Below, one piece after another: positions 1 to 11,400 of a stretch of DNA of 64,000 nucleotides; within the stretch, counting starts at the first letter, position 1, and each line of letters starts with the position of its first letter. Under the pieces are notes generated by a model. That model made no database searches, had not been told where the DNA came from, and saw nothing but the letters and a program-made list of their open reading frames with translations. The translations under genes and the position numbers were made by a program. The stretch comes from Orbicella franksi (Eukaryota): contig OZ116699.1 of NCBI GenBank assembly GCA_964199315.1, positions 19,902,001 through 19,966,000 of the forward strand. Reading direction: 5' to 3'.

Positions 1-716
1 TCAAGATTAAAGTTTTGGTCCTTTGTTGCGACCCTTGAAACCTAGTTAGCATTAAAACCGCCAGCTTTTCCCTCCAGCTGTAGGTTTGTATATAAGGTAC
101 ATTTATACGTTCCTCATCTGTGTCGAGCATGACGGTCACATACTTCGATTTTCTTTGTATTACTGACCATTGTTTTCCTTAAAGCCCGTTCAGTCATGTA
201 GAGTCCTCTTGGAAGGTTTGTAGAAGCACCCTTTTGCACAACTCTCAGCATACATACATGTATGAACAGTAAACAGTGATCCGGGGATCCAAGGAAGGAT
301 TGATAAAGTTCCCAATCTTCCCGTGAGTATCACAGGAATCCAATGATGTGATATTCACAGGAAGATTGGGAACTAAAACACCTGTTGTAAACACAAAATG
401 GCCGTGACATTTATCAATCCATCCTCGGATCCCCGGATCACTGTTTACTGTTCATACATGTATGTGTGCCTAGAGTTGTCCAAAAGAGTGTTTCTACAAA
501 CCTTTCAAGAAGTCTCTACATGATTGAACTGGCTTCGAGGAAAACAATGGTCAGTAATACAAAGAAAATCGAAGTATGTGACCGTCACGCTCGACACAGA
601 TGAGGAACCTATAAATGTACCTTATATACAAACCTACAGCTGGAAGGAAAAGCTGGCAGTTTTAATGCTAACTAGGTTTCAAGGACCGCAGCAAAGGACC
701 AAAACTTTAATCTTGA
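1..716. mobile_element. Foldback / long inverted-repeat element (arms ~1-307 and ~410-716, inner hairpin 307-374) inside a DDX56 intron; may extend left of the window
   Basis: Bases 1-60 are the reverse complement of 657-716 with 4 mismatches. Pairing continues inward to GGATTGATAAA (297-307) / TTTATCAATCC (410-420). Nested AGTTCCCAATCTTCC / GGAAGATTGGGAACT stem in the loop. No coding similarity. Confidence 0.85.
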
Positions 717-1425
717 AGCTAGGTAAGAGATTTACGTAAATTTATCAGAGCACTTTACAAAGGTGAGTATGTTAGTTACTTAATGGAATATTTTCAAAAT
801 TTCGTGAACTTTAAGGGGTCGTTAGTTTTGAAAACCTAGTGGGCAGACAAATTTTATTATTGTTTTAAATTAAGGGCCATTTATACTTTCTATTTATGTA
901 GTTCAGCAGTTTCAGACAGGTGCCACATTTTTAAAAGGTGCCTTCAAAGTAGAGCTATTTTTGCGTTTGGTTCAAAACTTGATTTAACGGGTAGAAAATC
1001 TTCTTTTAACCGTTGAAGGAACAACATTGAATTATAACTGCAACACGGCTAAGCAAACTGCTATGATAATTATATCTATGGTTGCAAAAAAGAATTGGGA
1101 CTTTTAAGCAAGTATTAATTTTTTTAGAGCGCCGGCAATATGGGCTATTTTTCCAGTTTTGGCTGGCAGGCATGCAATTTGTGTCAAGTGGACCGAACTT
1201 CAATTAATCCTAGAAAAATTCATTTAGAATGTTTAGTCAAATAAAACTCATTTTAGTGATTGACTAGGTAAGGGCTTCAAAATCCCAGTTTATGAGAAAA
1301 ATCGAATTTTCGAAGTAAAATCAGTGGTCTGTTTTTACAGAGACAGCCTCTTAATACAATACCAGTCATACAGTAAACCTGTAACACAGTACTGCAATTA
1401 TAACTGAGAATGATTAGCTATTTAC

Positions 1426-4400
1426 CTGTAACACCTGTCAATTCCATTGACAAACAGAATAGTTTTCCCTTGAACAAGTCTGTGATACAAACACAACAAC
1501 CAATCCATTTAAATCAGTCCTGCTTTTGTCACACTGTAAGTTCTAGTTTGAGAGTAGCAATAACAGTAACAACAACAACAATAATCTTTATTGACCCACA
1601 TTAACCATAGTAAATACAGGGGAATGGTTATGAAGTCCCGCAAATATCAAAGGAGCAAACACAGATGACAAGATTTATGTTGGAAGGTCCACGACCATGC
1701 ACAATCATTTGTTGTGCTCTCATACACTATGCATAAATCACGTAACCAAAACGTTTCTATTGGTTGATTCCTCGGTCAGAAGTAAACAACTATTGTGTTT
1801 TGTGCACTGTCAAGGCCAAACAAGAGAACGAAAACATACAACAAAGAACTTTCTTGGGTTTCTTAAACCATTCCCCTCTATTAACTATGCACTAACATAC
1901 ATTTGGAACTTACAGGGGAAATATCATGCACATTACAAGTTGATTTAAAAACAAAATAATAAGGAGAGGAATTATTAAATGGAGCCTAGAGGCTAAGGGA
2001 GCCACAAAGTTTTTGAGTAGCCATTGTCTAGTGACAAGACAAAGCCATTCTTGATCTTACCTTAACTTGAGAAGAGTGTATATCAAGAGGAACTTTTCAT
2101 CCATTTCACATCTAGAAAACAAATATGATAAAGGAAGGAAAACACTCCACAGGTTATACAGCCAACTTGAAGAGTAATGGTAGTCTTCTCTAAGCCCACA
2201 ATAACAGTTCACAGTTCATTGCTAACTCTGGTATTCATAGGATTACGATGCTAGGAGTGTTCTCTCCTCACACCCAGTTCTATTATGTCAGTTTGCCCTT
2301 CTAACAGTTTCCAATTATTATTCTCCTCTGTGGAGAGAAGCATGTGCAAGGTTTCTTTCATGATTATTACTGTTTTCTTTTTTGTGTGTGTTTGACCCTT
2401 CTGGGTCACAGTAAGCTGCATATATTTCCCCTTCCACTCCCCTTTCTTATTGAGATTTGCAATAAACTGCAATTTTGATTCCTTTTTACAGGGTGCTTGA
2501 GGCCATTCTCTATCAAATAAAACTCAAAGTACTGTACATGTAAAGTACATGTAAAGTGTAACATTTTCTTCTTCAAACATACTTTATAAAATACTGTGTG
2601 AGTTTGTCATCAGATGGAAGCTGTGACTCTTGCAGTTTGAGGATAACCTGTAAAACACATTGAAAAACTAAATTTTAAAAACCAGCAACCAAGCAATGAA
2701 TGAATGTACAGATACACAAAAATGTTAGAAAAAAAATCGCCAAAAAAAAATTGATTTATTGAACTTAAAACAATAATTTTATAACTAGTACCCGCAGGGT
2801 TTCATTCTGGATGAGTTTGAAGGAATCCCATTTTTTTGTTCTCTCCAGGCCTAGTTGATATTGAGGTGAAACTGCTTTTAAGTTTCTTTAATGTGCAAAG
2901 CCAGCATGATTGTACAAGTCTTACTTGTTAAGAACCTGGTAGTGGTCTGGTAGGGATTCAAGCTAACTGCAACTCTTTGCTCTTCCAAAATTACAATGTA
3001 GCTAATAAATAACTGTGTTAATCTGCTGTGGTTACATACAATATGATGTAGTTTGAAATACTTACTGGATTGTGGAGGACAAGTTTCTTTAAAGCTGTAA
3101 CATCCTGCAAAAAAAATGTTGAAAATAAATCATGACAGAATTACACAGAAATACATGACTGTACAGTCAGCCTTTAATCCATAAGTTTACTTTGTCTGTT
3201 CTGAAAATTTCACAGTATATCAAGGCCACATCGACTGGGGTGTTGGTATCATAATCATCCTTTCCAGCAGCCAGCAAACATCACAATCTCCAGCAACTTA
3301 GATTTTTTACCTCAAGTTGATAAAATAATGATCCCAGGGTAATAAAAAAAAATTATTGGGTTTCTCAAAATGCTTAGTGATTTCTCTGCCTGAATTCTAT
3401 TCTCCTAAACCAACTTGACTGGAAAAAGAAAAACCTGATACAACTCATTATAGACTTAAATGATTTTACTTTGTTGTCCTTGAGCTGTAGAAAATATGAA
3501 ACATTGGAAAGCTTTTCTTGTTTATACATGCTAAACCATCTGCTTGAAAATTCTCTTCTCCCAGGCTACACTTTTGTATTGCAAAGTGCCTTCCTAATTC
3601 AAATGACAATTTCTACACACCCATCTAATAATACACACCTCACTTAAAGTTGCAGACATCAGGAATGACTGATAAATCTTTGGAAGATGGCTGCAATGAG
3701 AGTTTACATTAACAACTAACTTGTAGAAGGTGCACGGACCTAATTATCATTAGTACAAATCTGCTAGAGTTTTATCAGGAATGCCATTCTCTGATTGGCT
3801 ATGCTGTTTACTACATGCATCTATTCTTTTGTACATGGTGAGTAGCCTAGCAGTGTGAAGAGGATTTAGATAAATTTAGATTCAGATACTAGTAGTAAGA
3901 ATTATAAGTTTTTAAAAAAAATTAGATTATTTGTTCTTAATGTCTATGCATGATAGTTGACTCAGGCTGTGCCCTCATCAACTATCATGCAAATATAGAA
4001 ATCTCAAGGCCATAATCTAATTGTTGAACAGAAGAATATATATATCTTATTAGATGTTTTGTTGTGTAGTATCGCTGTTTATTTTTACGAGTTGCGCCAT
4101 ATTTTGACGAGCCCAAAGGGCGAGTTCGGGCTCATCAAAATACAAACAATGAGTAAAAATACTAAGATTTATTATCCCACTGCTGTAGTCAATAAATTTA
4201 TCAGTGAAAGAAGGAGAGTGTGACAGTTTTGTGTGCACGTGCCAACCTGTCCGGCAAACAGGTTTTCTACTGTACAATATTACTGTATATTTGTACTGTT
4301 ATTTGGACGGTACTCACTGCAGTTGGATAATAATATGTTCTAGTCTTTTCTAACAATGACAATCACCGTGTCTCAGTGCACCTTCTATTTAACAATTAGG

Positions 4401-7400
4401 TTTCTATCACATGATAGTTGATGAGACCTGAGCCAGCCTGAGTCAACTATCATGTATCACATATATTGTTATATAAATCTACCAGTGATTCAAAACTCTA
4501 TCTAAATCCCCTTCACAGACACCTCGAAAATGCAAAGAAGTGGCTGCCTTTTTGTTAACAACCAAGTGAGTAGTGTAGCCAATAAGAGAACAGCAATCGT
4601 GATTGAATGCTAGAAGATTTATACTAATGATCACTATAAGGCAACTACCTCACTGCACATAACCAATTAGATAGAGAGTTACCAATAGTCACTTACTTGA
4701 TCACCTCAAAAATGTACAGAAACACAGAAAATGTTACCTTTCTGTGCACATGTATGTCAGGATAGAATGATTGAGAACCTGAGCATAAACATTTTCACCA
4801 CATTATTTTGCAAAGTAACTGAGATGGTCATGTTGTGGTTTATTATTTTTGGTTTTGGGTCTAAAATTTCTCAAGTCAGATAGATGTTTATTTTCCTTTG
4901 CCTTGCATTAACTATCATAATCAAGTATAACAGGGAAATAAAAATCAACCTGTTTGAAACATTTCAGACAAAAAACAAATATATAGTCAATGTTAATGGT
5001 GGAGTAGCTGTGGTCAGTTACACTGCAATGGTAGGTGATTGAAGAATTTCTTAGTGCAGTGAATGTGTCTTCCAGTATCAGACAGCCTTAATCAGCTGTT
5101 AACGTTTTGGTCAATTTGAAAATTCTCATTTTATCTTTTATACTAAAAAATGTTTCATATGTTACAATGTACATTTACCTTAGAAGAGTCTTTAGATCAT
5201 GTTCATAGCCATATGAGAAGACGAGGTCAGCTTCATCAATGACCAGTATCTGCAGACTGGCTTTAAGATCAAGATTCTGGAATAACAATGATTGTTATTG
5301 ATGCATGTAATAGTCACTCACTCGAGTATAGAATTACATATAGCTTACATGGATCTCACATTAACTCTTTTTGTCTGTTTCTTGGTCACAAGGTGAATTA
5401 ATTCAATTGTTCAGATATCCAATATAATTTAATACAATTTGATAATGCACTCCAAAGAGAGGAGAGGCGAGATAAGGTGAGGCAAAGAGAAGTGAGAGAA
5501 GGAAATACTGGTATCTTCATTGCTGTAGCTACATTTGTGTTGGGTGTGTTTAAAACACGAAATGGTGAGATGACAAAATGGCACTAAGGGTAAGAGTGAA
5601 TGTGGTATAAGGGTGTCTGTAAGGGTTAACCCTACAATCATTGAGAGCTAACCACTGTCTAGTCAGTGATATTTAGGCTAACCTGAACAATATTTCAGGG
5701 CTAACTGGAGCAGTATTTAGGCTGAGCATAGTGCCATTTTGAGTTACATGTATCTGGTTGATCCATGCTCTAAGTTCAATTGAGTGTAGATCTCACTGAT
5801 GTACACTGTACTTAATGCAATGTAATATTGTTGAATTAACTATGAACACTTACTTTGGCTTGCACATGACCAAGTAATGCACTTGGTGTTCCAATCACTA
5901 TGTCAGGACACTCCATCAACAGTGACCTTGAAAGAAATTACAATATTAGACTGGCTCTTTAGCTGAAAACAATGTACATACTTGAACCATACTTTCAGAA
6001 ATCTGTAAAAACTTTATTAAGTATGCAACAGATCACTGCCAACTTCATCCACAAAAGGATGTGTTGGAAAATTATTGCTAACATATAAAGCTTGTTAACT
6101 TGCCATTATAATATTACATTACAGTGTGATTTAGCACATGGTTCAAAAACCTGTAAATACATTGGGCTTGGCCCAGGACATCTGTCTTTCATATTGAATC
6201 TTGATAAATGAGTTTAACACTTACAATAATTCAACTACTGAAAAATAATCTATACATGCATTTGTACACCACTTAAAAACTTTGAAAATGAGTTGATGTA
6301 CATATTGTATTTGAAGACTGACCAGAGGCTCATTTGAAAACAACACTAGTTTTACTTTGATACTCACTTTGTACTAGCAAGATTTCCCTGTGCAACATCG
6401 GCAACTCTGACTTCCCGAGAGCAGTAAGAGGATAATTCCTATGATTAAACAAAAACCAAAATTACTTACAAGAACTACATGTACACAGTAATCTTAGACA
6501 ATTTGGCCATGAACAAACTCTTTACCCAGTAATTTGAAAGTTAAGCACATACAGGATAATCCGCAGACACAATATCGCTGGAGACGTCTGCTAAGGGAAG
6601 GTTGGGGAGAGGCCAGCTAGAGAGGTTCTCAAGAAGATTGAGCACATAGAGAGTTGAATGTTACCTAATGTCATGTACCTGTATATAGGTACTGCACATA
6701 CTGCAAGAGAATGACATTTAAAGTTTTACCTTGATGTTTCTGTGTGCTTGCTTTGCTAGTTCTTTGGTGGGTACTAACACAAGAGCTCTAACACCAGTGC
6801 TGGAAGAATTTGTCTGTAAGATTGATTGATATGTATTAATATGTTAAATTGTAGCAAGGGATCCTGTGTGTCAGAGTCTTATTTTTAAATGAACATACCA
6901 TACCTGTTTATCTTGTAGGATTCTCTGTATCAGTGGTATTGCATACCTAAATGTATAGAAATAAACAAACCTTACATAGTTGAAATTAAAAAATTAACTA
7001 AGATCTACTACAACACATATGTATAGCCTAAAAATAAACAAGGTATACGCCAAAAGTGTAACTGATTATAATCTTAGCTAAAACCTCAGCCCTCAGACAA
7101 CTTACGCTGCAGTTTTGCCAGATCCAGTCTTGGCTCTTGCTAAGATGTCTTTCCCTTCGAGAGCTAAAGGGATTGCTTTTTCCTGTTTAACAGTAAGAAT
7201 AAATAAAGTAAGAACTTTCTATCGAAACAGAATGTCATTGACACACAAAAGAAACAAATTAGCAGATTAAAACTCAGTGAAACTTCATTGAGCTAACCTG
7301 GATTGGAGAAGGTTGTGACCAGTTCAACTTGGCAATAGCCTAATAGAGAAAACATTAGTAGGCGTGAAGATTAAAATGAACGATTCTGGCCTATTTTGAT

Positions 7401-7484
7401 CCCTAAATTATAATTTACCTTGACCAATCGACCGTCTAAACCCATTTCGTGAAAAGAGCAACTTTCATTAATTTCGTCCGCCAT
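1426..7484 (-). CDS. DDX56: DEAD-box RNA helicase DDX56/Dbp9-like, 5' part (13 coding exons, ~271 aa; continues beyond the left edge)
   Basis: Exons 7484-7419, 7339-7298, 7182-7106, 6946-6904, 6813-6730, 6438-6368, 5926-5854, 5276-5179, 3690-3639, 3104-3066, 2647-2583, 2111-2061, 1479-1426 all have GT-AG borders and compatible phases. The spliced product reads [60 protein letters not shown]...PTKELA...GTP...[10 protein letters not shown]...[14 protein letters not shown]...[31 protein letters not shown], covering the Q motif and motifs I, Ia, Ib, II, III plus DDX56-typical segments. The ORF track misses it because the exons are 39-98 nt. Confidence 0.95.
1615..1880. mobile_element. TA-flanked MITE (~265 bp), copy 1, in a DDX56 intron
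   Basis: Termini TACAGGGGAATGGTTATGAA ... AAACCATTCCCCTCTA are inverted repeats. The body aligns with a second copy at 26424-26686. Confidence 0.75.
3749..4628. repeat. Two oppositely oriented copies (3749-4025 and 4391-4628) of a hairpin-bearing interspersed repeat in the largest in-window DDX56 intron (3691-5178)
   Basis: Both contain the CATGATAGTTGA...TCAACTATCATG internal palindrome and an AGCCAAT-A/C-AGAG segment. The same family recurs at 59449-59754 and 60047-60348. Confidence 0.75.
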
Positions 7485-8472
7485 GTTGATATTTTGCACG
7501 TGAAACGAAATGCGCGCGCATATTCTTCCAGAAAATTATCTTCGCTATTCGCCGGCTCAACTCTCTCATTTTCACCTGTCGCAAAAGAAGGTCTATTCAA
7601 ATTGGTTTTCCAAAACCGCATCGCAATTTTTAAGTCATACTTATAATTACGAATGACTTACACGTTTAAAAATCTAAAGACAGAAACAGAAATAATAAAT
7701 AGTGTATTGATTAATATAGCCTTAAAAAATATCCTTCTTCCCGAAACATTTCAAAAAATTCACAGTTATGATGTGAAATACTTATACTACTTAAGATGTT
7801 AACTGTTTGAGAGACGAAAGTGCGACTTCCTTTTTACAACATCCTTTTAATATTAGTGTTTGTGAACAGTAGGTGGCACTTATTAAACCAATCGAATGGA
7901 GGAGTTCACTTCTGTGAGATAAACAAACACCGACCTCCGTGCGCATGGTTGAATTATCCCCCAAAAGATTACACTTCATTTAAAATATCGCACCAAAGAC
8001 AAATTTCCATTCCGCGCGTGCTGAATGGCAGACAGCGAGTTTCAGAGCGGCGGGCATTTCTTAGGAGTGTGTAGCTAAAACGCGGAAAAACACCGGATTA
8101 TAAATGTGTTATCACTGTATCACAAGTAAGTCATAGCTACTGTTCTGTGATCGCAAACAGCACTTTCAGTTCTCGTGTTTTTATCAGTATACTTAAGTAT
8201 TCTGGGTGGGCTAGCATCTGGCGTGTTAGTATTAATTTCTATTTGTATTTTTGGCGTCACTAGTGGAGAGGATAAACACTGGCTCTGACAAGTAACATAG
8301 CACAGCACTGGTGGCAAATTTACTCAGCAACTGTGAAGAAAGTCATGTTTCAATTTAATATAAAAACACCAACACTGATGAACAGACGCAGCCGGCGAGG
8401 AAGAGAATTGACAAAGATCATTAACATAGACGCTGTATGCTGAAATTGACTTCAAGCGATAACTGAGAGAAA
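7485..8472. promoter_or_regulatory. Divergent promoter region between DDX56 (-) and TRP channel gene A (+)
   Basis: Start codons at 7484 (-) and 8473 (+) face away from each other, 988 bp apart. The region is richer in CpG than the flanking DDX56 introns. No individual element is proven. Confidence 0.5.
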
Positions 8473-11400
8473 ATGACGGCCAATGGAAAGATAAATAAGA
8501 ACAGAGTGATTCCAGTTCAGCTAACGACGGAAGAAGACGGCGTTATTGAGGAAAACAAGGGTGCGCAAGTGTTAGCTTCTACGTCGGTGAATTCTGAGGA
8601 GAAGGAAAGCCCCAGCATACAGAAAAAAATACGCATAGTTTCTCCGCTAAAAGCCGTAGGGCAGGCGAAGGTGAACGTGTCAAAATGGAAGAAGTATGCT
8701 AGGAGAAGGGCCGATATTTTAGCGTGGCGCGATTATCAGAAAGCGCGGATCGATTTCCCGACCATCCGTGAAAGCATGAGACAGAACCATCACCGCATGA
8801 ATGCGGCGCAACTGAGCGACTTAGAAGAACTAGTGGAGATAACTTCAGTGCAGGAAAAACACAGAAAAGATAGCGGAGTCAGTACGGTAAGTTCGCCCAG
8901 CAGAGCTTTGTTGTATTATTTTGCTAAGCTGGCTGCATCAACCCGCGAAGAGGAAGTGATTGACTTGGAGTTCGTGGAGACGCTTATTGAGAATGGCGCT
9001 TGCGTTAACACGGCGGATCGCCACGGACAGACACTCATGCACGAGGCAGCCAGGCAGTGGGATACGTCGGTTGCTAAGCTGTTACTTGAACGAGGTAAGG
9101 GAGAAGTGTCTCGAACTAGTACGTGAAATTCAGTTCATTCCACTAAACCTGACGCTAGAAGATAAACGTATTCATGTATTTACTATTACCTAGAGTAGCG
9201 GCCAGTTAAAACTGTATACAAACATTCGCAAATGCAGATTCACAAATTGTATTATAAGAATAATTGGTTTTGCAAATATCATAAGATTTCAGAGATAACC
9301 AGTGGTTTTAAATAAAGTGAAACGCTAAAGATGTTGAATACCTAAGGTGATGGGGTTTGTTCTTCTTCAAATGCTATAACATTACGAATTTACCGACTGA
9401 TGGTGATTTTCCAAAGTAGGACTTCAACAAGAAAATGAAAGAATCTAGCCTATCAGAACGCAGCATGTCACTAATACAAGGGACATTGCATTTTTGGGTC
9501 ATCTTGCAAAAAACGGCCATGTTATAGTTAGGTGTGAGGATTTTTTTTCTGTCAAATGTATAGATACCATACTAGCCGGTGGACTCACACATAATAATGA
9601 TAATAGTAATAAATAAGGAAAACAACAATTTCAGAGCTTTGAAAGCTAGTCACGATTTTCAATTCTTGTCGTCATTTCAATTATTTATTTCACGTAGAAA
9701 GGAATTAAGGAAATGATAACCTAAAAAATAGAAGGATATGAAAAAGTGTTACCACCAACTGTTTTTAATAAGCAGGGAACAGCAAGCAATTTAAAAAAAA
9801 AATTGTGTTGTGGAATTTAGAATGATCTGAGTCTACCGAGGTTTTACACGATACTTGTGTAAAAGAAGTTCAGCGAAATTCAAAATTTCTTGTTATTTTT
9901 AAACACAGCATCAGCTACCGTTTTTAAAACACCCACAGCAAAGATCGAACCCAGTCAATGGAAGTTACGGACTCCGTACATTGGAAGCTTATCAAGCCAA
10001 TGCTCAGTGGGGCAGATGTTCTGAGACAAACTATATACGACTCGCGTACAATAAGCCGGCCTTTAATGATACTTACTCTTGCTCTATTTTAGCTGAGATT
10101 CGCTTGGCATAAAAGTCAACATTGCGCTTGCCTCAGGGCGCCATTTTAACTGAACAAAAATTCAGGTTTTTTTATTTTAGTGGTGCAAGAGGTTTGTAGT
10201 TTGATCAAAATATGTTATCGGATGCGTTCTTAAGTAAATATTTACTGCTGTGTTTCTATCACTTTTCTGATGTCTTAATTTTTTCACCTAATTTTTCATT
10301 TTCCCTTAAATTTTAATCATAAACTAGCCTAAATGAATCATTTAAAGGTAGCCATCAAAATGAAAACGTATAAAAGTCTTGAAAAACAAATTTAGTAATT
10401 TCACCATGAGATGAAAACAAAATTTGCCTGAGATGACAGATGTCCTCGTTCTCACAAAAAGTTTCCTGGAGCAGTAAACAACTCCGAGACAAAACATTAC
10501 ACAGGACTTGCTCTTCCGGAGAAATATTAGCATTACGTAACAAACAACAGCATGTTTCATAAAATTCATGACGATCAGGGCTTGGAATGCATGTAAGCTA
10601 ATACGCTCCTTTTCGTTTGGTTTTCTAATTCATCTTGTCAAATGAGGTGTGGCAGTTAGCGACTCAAGGATTTACGTCAACTTGATAAAACTGAAGTTAC
10701 TGAGAAAATATTTTCGGAGAGGACCTCTTGTATATTACACGAAATGGTTCTAAGGTTAATCATTTTGTAGCTTTTACTGCTAATCGTTGAAAAGATAACT
10801 TCTCCCTCCCTCCCTCAGATTCTCTCTGAGTCGGTTCAAGTTATTTGTCCTAGAACCCACTTCTCCGATGCAGAAAGACCAACAATCATATTTAATACAA
10901 CCACACCGTACACGCACGCAATAAGTGTTGCACAGAAGGCTTTTAGCCTTAAGGTTTGCGCTGAAGTGACTGTAGTGGGTGGACTGGTGAAAAAAGCGGA
11001 ACCAGTTGCGATCCGTTTGCTTCGTTTGATCCGTCTTTTCCCCGTACCGTCCGTAGTACAGAGTCTGTTGTTAAGTTCTTTATCAACCGCTAAGTAAATA
11101 CTTAAAGCATTACATTATTTTACGTGCGAGGAATATAATTCAAAAACCGCATGGTAACTATGCTTGTTTTGCCTCGTAAATTCGTGAATGACTCAAAAAT
11201 ATAAAGAACTTATATTCGGAAATATTCAGAAATATGTGTTAGGAAATATATGCAGCTAAAACCAAAGTTCGTTTATAAATCATTAGAGCCCATGTAGAAT
11301 CTGAGCAGTGTTTATCTGATCGCCAGATTATCCATAACGCGAACTCGCAACAAACAACGGATGACCGAATGATCATTGTAATTTTTACCTGAGAATTAAA

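Noticed and set aside
524-739. 71-aa ORF on the plus strand
   Set aside because: It lies wholly in the right arm of the foldback repeat, has no recognisable motif, and is antisense within a DDX56 intron.
2272-2330. Exon-like segment on the minus strand (CTTCTCTCCACAG acceptor, GTGAGG donor; [19 protein letters not shown])
   Set aside because: The flanking DDX56 exons (2647-2583 and 2111-2061) already join in frame to give the expected [13 protein letters not shown], and this peptide has no helicase similarity. At most a cryptic exon.
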